Assembly (NCBI GenBank): GCA_963727445.1
Contig: CAVSGI010000006.1
Coordinates: 288,001 to 352,000 of the forward strand
From: an uncultured delta proteobacterium
GTDB taxonomy: Bacteria; Myxococcota_A; Polyangia; Polyangiales; B10-G4
Direction of reading: 5' to 3'
DNA: 64,000 bases
In this document: positions 38,689 through 48,873 of the stretch, in pieces
Position numbering within the stretch: position 1 is the first letter of the stretch
How the letters are laid out: each line of letters starts with the position of its first letter
Program-made: the position numbers and the translations under genes
Notes under the pieces: model-generated
Database searches by the model: none
What the model was told of the DNA's origin: nothing
What the model saw: only the letters and a program-made list of their open reading frames with translations

Positions 38689-39951
38689 TCAGTCGAGTGC
38701 GTCCAGCATCGCTTTGGTGATGAGGGTCACGCCGCCCTCGGTGCGGTGGAAGCGGCGGGCATCTTCGCCGGGGTCGTCGCCGACGATCAGGCCCTCCGGG
38801 ATCTCCACCCCGCGATCGATCACGACCTTCTTGAGGCGCGCGTGGCGAGCGATGTTCACCTGCGGCAGCACCACCGCCCCGTCGAGCTCGCAATAGGAGT
38901 TGACGCGCACCTGGGTACCGAGGACCGAGCGCCGCACCCGCGAGCCGCTCACGATGCTCCCCTCGCCGACGATGCTGTCGATGGCGCGGCCCCGGCGCCC
39001 CTCCTCGTCGAAGACGAACTTCGCGGGGGGGAGCTGCAGCTGATAGGTCCAGATCGGCCACTGGTCGTCGTAGAGATCGAGCTCGGGCGTGACGGCCGTC
39101 AGGTCGATGTTGGCCGACCAGTAGGCGTCGATCGTTCCGACGTCGCGCCAGTACGGGTCGGGCTGGCCTTCGCTGTAGATGGCGCTGTCGCCCAACCGAT
39201 GAGCGCGGACGTTCGCGTGCTGCACGAGGTGGGGGATGAAGTCCCTGCCGAAGTCGTGTGAGCTCGAAGCGATCTCCGAGTCGCGCACCAGCTCGTCGTA
39301 CATCTTCTCCGCGGTGAAGACGTAGATGCCCATGGAGGCGAGGGTGTGCTCGGGGTCGTTGGGGAGCCCGGGAGGATCGGCGGGCTTCTCGAGGAAGCCG
39401 ATGACGCGCTCGTCTGCGTCGACGTCCATCACCCCGAAGGCGCTCGCTTCCATGCGGGGAACGGTCACACAGCCCACGGTGACGTCGGCGCCCGACGCCA
39501 CGTGCGCCTCGATCATCAGCCCGTAGTCCTGCCGGTAGATGTGATCGCCCGCGAGGACCACCACGTACTCGGGCCCCTCCGCCCTCAAGATGTCGATGTT
39601 CTGGAAGACCGCATCGGCGGTGCCGCGGTACCAGGTGTTCTCGTCCACCCGCTGTTGCGCCGGGAGGAGGTCGATGAACTCGTTCATCTCGCCGCGGAGC
39701 ATCCCCCAGCCGCGCTGGATGTGGCGCAGCAGGCTGTGACTCTTGTACTGAGTGGCGACGTAGATGCGGCGAATGCCCGAGTTCAGGCAGTTGGAGAGAA
39801 CGAAATCGACGATCCGGTACTTTCCGCCGAAATAGACGGCGGGTTTCGCGCGGTTGTCGGTCAGGTGCATCAGGCGGCTGCCGCGACCTCCCGCGAGGAT
39901 CAACGCGACGGATTGCCGGGCGATGCGGCGAATGTCGTCATCCTGTTTCAT
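38689..39951 (-). CDS. glgC: Glucose-1-phosphate adenylyltransferase
   Basis: [49 protein letters not shown]. Confidence 0.97.
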   Translation of the reverse strand: MKQDDDIRRIARQSVALILAGGRGSRLMHLTDNRAKPAVYFGGKYRIVDFVLSNCLNSGIRRIYVATQYKSHSLLRHIQRGWGMLRGEMNEFIDLLPAQQRVDENTWYRGTADAVFQNIDILRAEGPEYVVVLAGDHIYRQDYGLMIEAHVASGADVTVGCVTVPRMEASAFGVMDVDADERVIGFLEKPADPPGLPNDPEHTLASMGIYVFTAEKMYDELVRDSEIASSSHDFGRDFIPHLVQHANVRAHRLGDSAIYSEGQPDPYWRDVGTIDAYWSANIDLTAVTPELDLYDDQWPIWTYQLQLPPAKFVFDEEGRRGRAIDSIVGEGSIVSGSRVRRSVLGTQVRVNSYCELDGAVVLPQVNIARHARLKKVVIDRGVEIPEGLIVGDDPGEDARRFHRTEGGVTLITKAMLDALD

Positions 39952-40017
39952 GCTGCCCACGAGCATATAAGCCCGGCCTACGTCGTGCGAGGGGGAAGGT
40001 GTTACGTTTTGGCAATC

Positions 40018-41307
40018 GTGAGGCTCTGGCGTTGGGCGTTGGTGCTCGTCGTGGGCTGCGGAGCCGCTTCACCCGCGGGTCCCTTCACCACACCTCCCCT
40101 GGCGTCGAGTCATCCCCTGATCGCGGAGGTCGCCGAATGTAGCGGCGGCGAGAGCGCGGTGCGTGATTGCGTGGTGCAACGCGTGTGCGCCCATGCGTTC
40201 GACGGAGCGGATCCCCGCCGTTTCCATCTTCATCCCATGGGCGAGACTCCGTGGATTCAGGTGAGCCTGAGCGCTCAACGAAGGGTCCGGGAGATCGATC
40301 TGGCCCACGGCGGGCCGAACGGGACGGAGTACGAGGTCGGCTTCACCTGCGAGGAACGAGCGAATCGAGGGGTGGAGGCGGACTCCTTCACGTTGTCGTT
40401 GGACGAGCCCGAAGAACGAAGCGATGCGCTGCTCACGCTTCCCGAAGACGAGCGAACCCGAGAGGCGGCGCGCGCGGCCTTCGACGCCGCCGATGACGGC
40501 CCGCTCGTCTTCCAGCACGCCTTGTGGCTCGCGCGCTCGACCGACCCCTCGGACCATGTGCTCGTCGGCGAGGCGCTGAAGAGCCGGGACGTGGTCGAGC
40601 TCCTCGGCAACACCACCATCGACCGGGGGCCGCGCCTGCGCTTCGAGCCGCTAGGGCATCGCTGGCCCCTGGCCCAGATCCTCTTCGCCCTGCGCGATGG
40701 GGACAGCGCGAGCGGGCGGGCACTCCTGACCGAGCTGGCAAGCGATCCACTGTGGTCGGACGAGACGCTCGACGTGGCCGACGGCCACGTGGAGTGGCTC
40801 CTTCGGGCGCTCGCCGCGGTCCGACCGCCGCCGCCGGCCGTGCTCGCGTACTTTCGGAGCCACGCGGGCCCCGGCGTCTACGCGGGCGTCGTGGCGTCGG
40901 CCCTCGTGGAAAACGGAAGCGACGAAGCGGTGAGCCTCCTTCGCACGCTCCTTCGCGACGGGCGCATCCCGGCCCCTGAGCGCGCCGCGTGGCTTCGCGC
41001 CGACATCGGCGCGGCCCGCCACCGCCCGGAGGTCCTACAAGTCGCCGAACAACTCCTGCTTCGGGGGCTACCGCCGCGACTCGATCGGCGCCTCCTCGAG
41101 GATCTCTTCGGGGACTTCACCGAAGAGCTGAGACCGGATAGCCAGCTCAGCTGCCCCGCTCTCGAAAGGGTGCCCGAGGAGGCGGCGCTCATCCTGCGCC
41201 GTATCGGCGCCCACGCGCTCGCGCGCCGCCTCGGCGCGTCGACGCGCCACGTCGTCGAGGAGGGACTCCAACGCCTTCTGTCCACGTCCGAGAGCGCCGA
41301 CGACTGA
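40018..41307 (+). CDS. Hypothetical lipoprotein
   Basis: [14 protein letters not shown] lipobox; helical HEAT-like C-terminal half; fills the gap between glgC and the PLC gene. Confidence 0.6.
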   Translation: MRLWRWALVLVVGCGAASPAGPFTTPPLASSHPLIAEVAECSGGESAVRDCVVQRVCAHAFDGADPRRFHLHPMGETPWIQVSLSAQRRVREIDLAHGGPNGTEYEVGFTCEERANRGVEADSFTLSLDEPEERSDALLTLPEDERTREAARAAFDAADDGPLVFQHALWLARSTDPSDHVLVGEALKSRDVVELLGNTTIDRGPRLRFEPLGHRWPLAQILFALRDGDSASGRALLTELASDPLWSDETLDVADGHVEWLLRALAAVRPPPPAVLAYFRSHAGPGVYAGVVASALVENGSDEAVSLLRTLLRDGRIPAPERAAWLRADIGAARHRPEVLQVAEQLLLRGLPPRLDRRLLEDLFGDFTEELRPDSQLSCPALERVPEEAALILRRIGAHALARRLGASTRHVVEEGLQRLLSTSESADD

Positions 41308-41316
41308 GGCCGAAGC

Positions 41317-42408
41317 TCAGGGCGCGAGCGCGACCGCCTCGGGCGTACACTCGGCGGGCGCGCTCACGGGGTTGCAGCGCGCGGGCATGCCGTCGGGGAT
41401 CTGCACCCAGTAGTCGAGGCCATCCACCGGGGCGGGAAAGTCGGTGCTGACGATGTGGGCGCCGCTCGCGAGGGCGGCGTCCCTTCGGGTGGTGTCGTCG
41501 GCGCGCGCCTCGACTCCTCCCGAGTCCGCGCGGGTGCGCACGATGAAGCCGGCGGGGACCGCGGTGGCGATCCGCGGATCGCTCGGATCGTTGAGCACCA
41601 GCACGCTCTCGATCGGTGTCCCCTCGTCGCCCTCGGCGAACATCGCGCGCCCGGCCAGCGTCGTTTGGCCCGCGGTGTACGCGTCGCGGGTCTCTCCTGC
41701 GTCGTTCAGGAAGAAGATCGTCTTGCCGCGCGCCTCTGCCAGCGTGGGCCACCCGTCGGTGACGATGCCTTCGCGGGTGGAGGCATGCGTGCCGCGCACG
41801 TCATCCGGCGAGATGCGCATCTCGTCGGGCCAGATGGCGCGGATCTCGGCGTCGAGGGCATCGAGACGATCGGCGCTGGTGTCGCTCGCGGGATCCTTCG
41901 CCTCGATCTGGACGAAGATCGGCACGTGACCCGGGTTCGCGTCGGACCAATCGCGCAGCACGCTGAGGCACTCGCTCAACAAAAAGCACGTCGTCTGTGC
42001 GTCGATCAGCCCCACGTGAAAGACCTCGTAGCGGCGGCATCGCGCGTTCCAGTTCACGTCCAGCTCCACCGCACGCACGCCCTGTGCCTCGAGCTGCTGA
42101 TCGAGGGGCACGTGGGTGTACTCCCAGTCAGGCACGGCGTGCTCCGGCGGGGCGATGTGATAGCTGTTGTGCGTTCCCTTCACCTGGAGGTGATCGACCC
42201 GCAACAGATCGTCGAGGGGTCCGGTGGGGGAGGGCGCCGTGCGCGCCGGCCTGACGGCGATCGGATCGGGACAGGTCACGGCGGTACCGGTGTCGACGGC
42301 CGCGTCCGTGGCGCTGTCGGGGGCGCTCGCGTCGCTGGCGTCGCTCGGTCCGGCGGCGTCGTCGCCGCAGGCGACGAGGGCGAGCAAAGCGAAGACGAGG
42401 GCGCGCAT
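41317..42408 (-). CDS. Ca2+-dependent phosphoinositide phospholipase C-like lipoprotein
   Basis: Lipobox LVAC; HLQVKGTHNSYH; QQLEAQGVRAVELDV; HIVSTDFP. Confidence 0.8.
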   Translation of the reverse strand: MRALVFALLALVACGDDAAGPSDASDASAPDSATDAAVDTGTAVTCPDPIAVRPARTAPSPTGPLDDLLRVDHLQVKGTHNSYHIAPPEHAVPDWEYTHVPLDQQLEAQGVRAVELDVNWNARCRRYEVFHVGLIDAQTTCFLLSECLSVLRDWSDANPGHVPIFVQIEAKDPASDTSADRLDALDAEIRAIWPDEMRISPDDVRGTHASTREGIVTDGWPTLAEARGKTIFFLNDAGETRDAYTAGQTTLAGRAMFAEGDEGTPIESVLVLNDPSDPRIATAVPAGFIVRTRADSGGVEARADDTTRRDAALASGAHIVSTDFPAPVDGLDYWVQIPDGMPARCNPVSAPAECTPEAVALAP

Positions 42409-42550
42409 CGGCCCAGCATACCCGCCTGCTGAGGTCTTTCGTCCCGTCGGGTGGGGTCGGGTGATCGGGGCCCGTCGGCTCCAGTGAGCGTGGAAACCGC
42501 GACAAAGGAGCGTCGCAGACTCGGGAACGCCCATTGCACTGCTTTGCTTC

Positions 42551-43930
42551 GTGCACCACCCCCTCCGCCTCCTCGCCCCCCTCCTTTTTCTCTTCGCCGC
42601 TTGCGCGCCTCCCGGCGGCAGCCTCTCGGGCTCTTCGGGCAGGGGAGGGGGAGACGAGGACGGCAGCGTGGCGGAGAGCGACGGCGGGACCGGCTATCGC
42701 GTCGACTCGGGCACGCCCGCGCCGCCGACCCCGCCCGCCGAGCCCGACGCCGATGGTGATGGTCTGCCCGACGCGGACGAGGCTACGCGCGGTACCAACC
42801 CGAACGAAGCGGACACCGACGGCGACGGCATCGGCGATGGGGTGGAGGCGCTGGCCGGGACCGATCCGCTCGATCCGAGCAGCACCATCCCCGACACCGA
42901 CTTCTACGTGGTGCTGCCCTACATGGATCCCGCCCAGATGGGAGAGCTCGAGTTCACCGCGCGCCTCGGGCGCGCCGATGTCTTCTTCCTGATCGACACC
43001 ACCGGCTCGATGGGCGGCTCCATCAACAACGTGCGCTCCACGCTCTCGTCGGCGATCGTTCCCGCGATCGACGCGTCGATCGCCGACGCGCGGATGGGCG
43101 TGGCCGAGTATCAGGACTTCCCGACCTCGCCCTACGGAAACAGCGGCAACTCCCCGTTCCAACTGCGCCAGGCGGTCACCGACTCGGTCGACGCGGTGCA
43201 ATCGGCGCTCGCCCCGCTGCGCGCCTACGGCGGCGGGGATGGGCCGGAGTCGATGGTCGAGGCGCTCTACCACACGGCCGCCGACGGCTGCGGCAGCGGG
43301 GGCCGCGGCGCCGCGTGCTTCCGCACCGATGCGACCCCGATCGTGGTGGTGGTCACCGACGCACCCACTCACAACGGCCCTGGCGGCGCGAACGGCTACG
43401 GCATCAGCGCGCGCTCCTACTCGGAGAGCGTCGCGGCCCTCAACGCCATCGGCGCCAAGGTGCTCGGCGTCGCGGTCAACTACCGCGACCATCTGGTCTC
43501 GGTAGCCAACGACACCAGCTCGCGACGCGCGGACGGATCCCCTGCCGTCTATGCCGCGCCGGGCGGCACCGTCGACAGCGCCGTCGTCGACGGGATCGTG
43601 GACCTGGTGGGGGGCGTGCCTCAGGACGTGAGCCGCCGCCTGATCGACGACCCCTCCGACGACGTCGACGCGACGCAGTTCATCAAGGCTGTCCGGCCCG
43701 TGCGCGCCACGCGCATGGTGACCATGGACGAGACGACTTTCTTCGGTGTGCCGGGCGGTACGACGGTCACCTTCGAAGCCTCCTTCCAGAACGACTTCCT
43801 CGAGCACGGCGACACCGTCCGGATCTTCCGCGCGGAGATCGAGGTGCACGACCTGCCCGGCATGACCGCCCTCGATACGCGTAACGTCTACATCGTCGTG
43901 CCGCGTCGAGACGGGTCGATCCTCATCTGA
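42551..43930 (+). CDS. vWA-domain lipoprotein with Ca-binding DxDGDG repeats
   Basis: Lipobox FAAC; DADGDGLPD, DTDGDGIGDG; MIDAS-like FLIDTTGSM; GGGDGPES; VVTDA. Confidence 0.8.
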   Translation: MHHPLRLLAPLLFLFAACAPPGGSLSGSSGRGGGDEDGSVAESDGGTGYRVDSGTPAPPTPPAEPDADGDGLPDADEATRGTNPNEADTDGDGIGDGVEALAGTDPLDPSSTIPDTDFYVVLPYMDPAQMGELEFTARLGRADVFFLIDTTGSMGGSINNVRSTLSSAIVPAIDASIADARMGVAEYQDFPTSPYGNSGNSPFQLRQAVTDSVDAVQSALAPLRAYGGGDGPESMVEALYHTAADGCGSGGRGAACFRTDATPIVVVVTDAPTHNGPGGANGYGISARSYSESVAALNAIGAKVLGVAVNYRDHLVSVANDTSSRRADGSPAVYAAPGGTVDSAVVDGIVDLVGGVPQDVSRRLIDDPSDDVDATQFIKAVRPVRATRMVTMDETTFFGVPGGTTVTFEASFQNDFLEHGDTVRIFRAEIEVHDLPGMTALDTRNVYIVVPRRDGSILI

Positions 43931-43943
43931 TATCGTCCCCGCC

Positions 43944-44567
43944 GTGAACGACGGCGATACGAGGGCGACGCCCGGATCGGAAGAGGTCCTCGCGTTCTGG
44001 TTCGGGGCGCTCGACGAAGACGGTCTCGCCAGCACGACCAAGTCACAGCGCTGGTGGCGGAAGGACGAAGCCTTCGACGCGGAGATCGCAGAGCGTTTCG
44101 GTCCGCTGATCGACGCCGTCTGCGGCGATGAGAGGGAAGCCTGGCTGGAGACGCCCGGCGAGGCGCTCGCATACGTGATCGTCCTCGATCAGTTCGGCCG
44201 CAACGTTCACCGGGGAACGCCGCGCATGTACGCCGAGGACGACCGAGCGCTCCGTGCGGCGCAGCGGGCGGTGGAGAAGGGTTTCGACCGCCTCCTGCCG
44301 CTGTCTCATCGCGCGTTTCTCTACATGCCCCTGATGCATTGCGAGTCGAAGGAAGCTCAGGCGCAGTGTGTCGCGCTCTTCGAGACGATGCAGTCGGAGC
44401 TGTCGGGGGAGCGCGCCGAGCGGATGAAGGGGTTCGTGGAGGCGGCGCGTGCGCATCGTCGCATCGTCAATCGTTTCGGTCGCTTCCCCCACCGGAACGT
44501 CATCCTCGGCAGGACGAGCACCGCCGAGGAGTCCGCGTTCCTACAGGAGCCGGGATCGTCGTTCTGA
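43944..44567 (+). CDS. DUF924 family protein
   Basis: VLAFWFG, IVLDQFGRNVHRG, FLYMPLMHCE, RFGRFPHRN. Confidence 0.9.
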   Translation: MNDGDTRATPGSEEVLAFWFGALDEDGLASTTKSQRWWRKDEAFDAEIAERFGPLIDAVCGDEREAWLETPGEALAYVIVLDQFGRNVHRGTPRMYAEDDRALRAAQRAVEKGFDRLLPLSHRAFLYMPLMHCESKEAQAQCVALFETMQSELSGERAERMKGFVEAARAHRRIVNRFGRFPHRNVILGRTSTAEESAFLQEPGSSF

Positions 44568-44588
44568 GCTGGGTGGTAGAGTGCGCGA

Positions 44589-45788
44589 GTGGACCCCAAG
44601 AAGCTCCGCTCCCACGGTGACGTCGACCTCGCCGACAAGCTCTTGGCCGAGCGCTTGGTCATCGATCTCAACGAGCGTCTCGAGAAGGAGCAGGAGAAGA
44701 CGCCGCTGGGGATCAGGCGGCATCTGCTCGCGACGTCCATTCGAATCACCGAGCGGATGTTGCCCGACATCTTCGGGCTGGTCGCCGAGTGCCGTGAGCG
44801 ACTCGACATCGAGATCTCGCTCGAGGTCTACGTCTACGCGTCCACCTCCTTCAATGCGATGTGCATCAAGCCGGAGCAGGGGCGTCTCTTCATCCTGCTG
44901 AGCTCCAGCCTGCTCGAGGCCTTCGCGCCGGGGGAGCAGCGTTTCGTGATCGGCCACGAGCTCGGTCACCACCTCTTCGGTCATCTCGACATCCCCATCG
45001 GCTTTCTTCTGGGTGGCGACGAGCCTCCTCCGCCGGATATCGCACTTCGCCTCTTCGCCTGGTCGCGCTACGCCGAGATCAGCGCCGACCGGGCCGGGGC
45101 CTACTGCGCGAACGATCCCGACGCGGTGGCGCGCGCTCTCTTTCGCCTCGCCTCGGGGCTCACCATCAACCTCGACGACATCCGCATCGACGACTTCGCG
45201 GCCCAGGTCGACGACATGCAGGTGGAGGCGCAGGAGCCGGGGGCGAAGGCGCCGCAGGCGGATTGGTTCTCCACTCATCCCTTCAGTCCCCTGCGCCTCA
45301 AGGCCGTCCGGCACTTCTTCGATTCGGAGCTCTTCGTGCGCGACGAAATTCCGGTCAGCACCCTCGAGGCCCGGGTGCAGACCTTGATGGCGCTGATGGA
45401 GCCGAGCTATCTCGACGAGAAGAGCGACGCCGCCGAGACCGCGCGACGGCTCCTCTTCGCCGGAGCCATCGCGGTGGCCAACGTCTCCGGCGGGATCGAC
45501 GAGGCGGAGATCGCGGCCTTCGAGAAGTTCTTCGGCGAGCACTCCTTCACCGACAAGCTCGACATCGAGGCGATCGTGGCCTCTCTCGACCACCGCGTGA
45601 GCGCCGCGCTCGAACAGGTCTCCCATTCGCGCCGCATCCAGGTCTTGCGCGATCTCTGCGTGATCGCGCGCGCAGACGGACACGTGGATGATTCCGAGCG
45701 AATCCTCCTCGAGGATCTGGCGGGCCGCCTCGAAGTCCCGGCCGAGCTCGTCCACGCGACCCTTTGTGGGAACTGCGATCTGGACTGA
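44589..45788 (+). CDS. M48 metallopeptidase with a C-terminal TerB-like domain
   Basis: FVIGHELGH, EISADRAG, FSTHP; C-terminal VANVSGGIDEAE...ARADGHVDDSER. Confidence 0.82.
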   Translation: MDPKKLRSHGDVDLADKLLAERLVIDLNERLEKEQEKTPLGIRRHLLATSIRITERMLPDIFGLVAECRERLDIEISLEVYVYASTSFNAMCIKPEQGRLFILLSSSLLEAFAPGEQRFVIGHELGHHLFGHLDIPIGFLLGGDEPPPPDIALRLFAWSRYAEISADRAGAYCANDPDAVARALFRLASGLTINLDDIRIDDFAAQVDDMQVEAQEPGAKAPQADWFSTHPFSPLRLKAVRHFFDSELFVRDEIPVSTLEARVQTLMALMEPSYLDEKSDAAETARRLLFAGAIAVANVSGGIDEAEIAAFEKFFGEHSFTDKLDIEAIVASLDHRVSAALEQVSHSRRIQVLRDLCVIARADGHVDDSERILLEDLAGRLEVPAELVHATLCGNCDLD

Positions 45789-45828
45789 GCCGGACGCTTT
45801 CGAGCGCGCGCTGGCGTCATCATCTACG

Positions 45829-47169
45829 ATGGGAGGGGTGGGAGCTCGACTCGCGGCCCTTCATCTGGTCGTCCTGAGCGTGGCCTGCGGCCGCATCGAC
45901 TATGGGCCGATCGAAGGGGGCCTAGGGACCGACGCCGCCACCATGGACGCCTCGGATGCGTCCGACGTGATGGACGCCGTGACAGCTGACGTCGGGACGG
46001 ACGCGATGGCCAGCGATGGCGGTGAGACCGACTCGGCGGTGGGGGATGCTTCGTCCTGTTCGGGGTGCTCTCTCGGTGCGGAGTGCCTACCAGGGACCGA
46101 CCCCTCCGCCTGTGGATCCGGCGGTGGCCCCTGCATGGTGTGCGCGCCGACCGCGATATGTGGCGAAGGGAGCTGCACGACTCCGGATCGGCATGATCTG
46201 CTGGGTCTGGGCTTCGGGTGGAGCTGCGCTGCCAGAGGGGGATCGGGGTACTGCTGGGGCGGTAACTTCTCGGGCGAGCTGGGCGACGGCACGACCACCA
46301 ATCGGCCGATGCCCGGCTTGGTGTCGGGGTTGACCGGCGTCGCGGGGGTCGCGGCCAGCGACACCGCCACCTGCGCCCTCACCACCGACGGGGCCGTCTC
46401 GTGCTGGGGCTCGCGGACCTACGGGAGTTTCCCCGTTTCCATCGCCGCCCTCACCGACGCCGTGTCCCTTTCCGGCGGCGAAACGCACTTCTGCGCACTT
46501 CGCACCGGCGGCGTCGTCTCGTGCTGGGGCGACAACTTCGACGGGCGCCTCGGTGATGGGACGACGACCAGCTCGCCCTCACCGGTGAACGTCGCTGGCT
46601 TGCCCGGCGCCGCCGACCAGGTCACCGCCGGCTTCAGCCACTCCTGTGCGCGTGTCGGCGGTCAGGTCTACTGCTGGGGCTCGAACACCTTTGGGCAGCT
46701 CGGCGACTCGACCATGGCGCCTTCCCTCACGCCGGTCACGGTCACGGGACTGGGGGATGCCGTCGACATCGCCGCGGGCTATCGTCACACCTGCGCCGCC
46801 CGCGCGTCGGGTCCCGTGGTCTGCTGGGGGGCCAACTTCGCGCCCTCGCCGGTCACCGTCCCCATGTCCGACGGTGTCACCCGGCTCCGGGCGGGTTACG
46901 ACTACACGTGCGGCATCCGCTCCGGGAGCGTGCTCTGTTGGGGCATCAACGGTCTCGGCCAGCTCGGCGACGGGACCACCACCGCCCGGAGCGAAGCGAC
47001 GACGGTCGCGGCCATCGGGGGGGTGCTCGAGGTGGAGACGGGCAACCAGCACACATGCGCGCGGACGAGCGCGCTGGAGGTGTGGTGCTGGGGGGACAAT
47101 TCCGGCGGGGAGCTCGGGGACGGCTCGACTGTGGAGAGCCACGTACCGGTCCTCGTGGCGTTCCCCTGA
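45829..47169 (+). CDS. RCC1/BLIP-II repeat lipoprotein
   Basis: Lipobox SVAC; repeated CWGxNxxG(Q/E)LGDG and HTC motifs. Confidence 0.88.
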   Translation: MGGVGARLAALHLVVLSVACGRIDYGPIEGGLGTDAATMDASDASDVMDAVTADVGTDAMASDGGETDSAVGDASSCSGCSLGAECLPGTDPSACGSGGGPCMVCAPTAICGEGSCTTPDRHDLLGLGFGWSCAARGGSGYCWGGNFSGELGDGTTTNRPMPGLVSGLTGVAGVAASDTATCALTTDGAVSCWGSRTYGSFPVSIAALTDAVSLSGGETHFCALRTGGVVSCWGDNFDGRLGDGTTTSSPSPVNVAGLPGAADQVTAGFSHSCARVGGQVYCWGSNTFGQLGDSTMAPSLTPVTVTGLGDAVDIAAGYRHTCAARASGPVVCWGANFAPSPVTVPMSDGVTRLRAGYDYTCGIRSGSVLCWGINGLGQLGDGTTTARSEATTVAAIGGVLEVETGNQHTCARTSALEVWCWGDNSGGELGDGSTVESHVPVLVAFP

Positions 47170-47281
47170 GGCGTGTGAAAAACTCGTGCAGTTCCGGAGA
47201 GATGGTGCCTTTGAATGATGTCGCCGCCCGCGGCAACATTACCTGGCAAGATGCTGGGGTCGATGGCATATTCGGGGTGAT

Positions 47282-47488
47282 TTGGAACACGACGACGAAG
47301 ACCGCCGTGCGCTGGCTAGGCGCAAGTTCCTGAAAGCAGCGGTGTATTTGCCGCCGCTGGTGGTGAGCGCCGTGAGCGCGAGCAAGGCGCATGCGCAGGC
47401 GAGCTGCACGCCGGCGACGTGTGGTCCGGTGACTTGTCCACCGGTGACGACCTGCATGCCGGACACCACCTGCATGCCGGCTGGCTGA
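47282..47488 (+). CDS. Putative RiPP precursor peptide with a Tat-like leader and Cys-Pro-Thr repeat core
   Basis: 68 aa; RRKFLK, YLPPLV, AHA|QAS; core SCTPATCGPVTCPPVTTCMPDTTCMPAG; ends 3 nt upstream of the radical SAM gene; TTG start. Confidence 0.75.
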   Translation: MEHDDEDRRALARRKFLKAAVYLPPLVVSAVSASKAHAQASCTPATCGPVTCPPVTTCMPDTTCMPAG

Positions 47489-47491
47489 GCC

Positions 47492-48598
47492 TTGAGCCAC
47501 GGGTTGATCTACGTCCCGCCCCGCTGGTTCGGGCGGAGACGAGGCGACCGCCTCGAGCTCTCGGAAGCGGTGCTGGGTCACGAGGTCGTCCTCGAAGGAC
47601 GCGCCGCAAAGAGCGTGGTCGATCGCGGTGAGCTCGACGAGGCCACCCGCTTCTTCGCCCGTCACGACCCGGCCCTCGCCGGCTTCGAGACCGACCTCGA
47701 GAGCTCGCCGCCGGTTCCCCTCACCCGCAAGACGCTGCTCAAGGGGACGGAGTGGGGCCGGCTCTTCGTCGAGCTCACCGGCCGCTGCAACGAGCGCTGC
47801 GTCCACTGCTATGCGAGCGCGGGGCCCGAGGTGGGCGAGGCCCTCGACTGGCCCACCATCGCTCGGGTGATCGACCAGGCGCACGGGATCGGCTTCGCCT
47901 CGATCCAGCTCACCGGCGGCGATCCCCTGGTCTCCGAGCACTGCCTCGCGGCGGCGGCGAGGGTGCGGGAGCGTGGCTTCCGCGAGCTCGAGATCTACAC
48001 CAATGGGCTCGCCCTTCGAGGCGCGCTCTACGAGGGCTTGCGCGATCTGGACGCGCACTTCGCCTTCTCGGTCTACTCCTCGGACCCCGCGGTGCACGAC
48101 GCCATCACCCAGGTGCCGGGCAGCCTGAAGCGCACCTCCGAGGCGATCCGACGCGCCGCGGCGGACGGGCTGACCTTGCGGGTGGGGATCATCGAGATGG
48201 CGGGAAACACCGCGGGCCTCGAGGCCACGCGGCGTTACGTCGAAGGGCTCGGGGTGCCGGAGGATCGCATCTCGTCGGACAGCTCGAGGGAAGTGGGCCG
48301 AGGCGACAGCTTCGCCGGCGAGTCCCAGGGCGCGCACGGGGGGCGGGGCGGTGTCGCTGCGGGCGTCCCGCGTTTCGTCGGACGCGCCGCCGTCGCTTAC
48401 GACGGCAGGGTCCACCCCTGCATCTTCAGCCGCGCAACCGTCCTCGGTGACGTGCGCGCGCAGTCGCTGAGCGAGATCCTCGAGGACGACACGCCGCTGT
48501 CGCCGCCGTCGAGGCGATTGGAAGTCTTTGGAGAGAGCGCGTCGATGGCCTGCTGGGAGTGTCGCCTCAGAAACCAGCTCCTCGGAGGTGCGACGTGA
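47492..48598 (+). CDS. Radical SAM enzyme with a SPASM/twitch-like C-terminus (putative peptide maturase)
   Basis: ELTGRCNERCVHCY (CxxxCxxC), LTGGDP, YTNG, HDAITQVPGS, DGRVHPC...CWEC. Confidence 0.92.
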   Translation: MSHGLIYVPPRWFGRRRGDRLELSEAVLGHEVVLEGRAAKSVVDRGELDEATRFFARHDPALAGFETDLESSPPVPLTRKTLLKGTEWGRLFVELTGRCNERCVHCYASAGPEVGEALDWPTIARVIDQAHGIGFASIQLTGGDPLVSEHCLAAAARVRERGFRELEIYTNGLALRGALYEGLRDLDAHFAFSVYSSDPAVHDAITQVPGSLKRTSEAIRRAAADGLTLRVGIIEMAGNTAGLEATRRYVEGLGVPEDRISSDSSREVGRGDSFAGESQGAHGGRGGVAAGVPRFVGRAAVAYDGRVHPCIFSRATVLGDVRAQSLSEILEDDTPLSPPSRRLEVFGESASMACWECRLRNQLLGGAT

Positions 48599-48873
48599 GC
48601 GCGAACCCGGTCCCGGTTCCCAAAGAGCTACCCCGCCACGAGATCGGCCCCGAGGGCGAGACCGTCCTCTTCGACGCGGACGGGAGCCAGCTCCTGGTGC
48701 TGAACGACATCGGCGCCGGCGTCTGGCTGCTCCTCGACGGAGAGCGCGGCCTCGCCGACATCGTCGACGAGATCCTCGAGGTGCACCCCGCGACGCGCGA
48801 CGCCGTGGAGCGTGACGTGCGCGCCTTCCTGGACGACCTGGTCGAGCGCGGTCTCGTCACCTGGCGCGACTGA
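48595..48873 (+). CDS. PqqD-family RiPP recognition element (standalone RRE)
   Basis: 92 aa; ETVLFD...LNDIGAGVWLLLDG...IVDEI...VERDVRAFLDDLVERGLV; GTGA overlap with the rSAM gene. Confidence 0.9.
   Translation: MSANPVPVPKELPRHEIGPEGETVLFDADGSQLLVLNDIGAGVWLLLDGERGLADIVDEILEVHPATRDAVERDVRAFLDDLVERGLVTWRD

Noticed and set aside
47170..47281. Sigma54 promoter upstream of the RiPP precursor
   Set aside because: The TGGCAA and TGGCAT hexamers lack GC at the correct -12 spacing.
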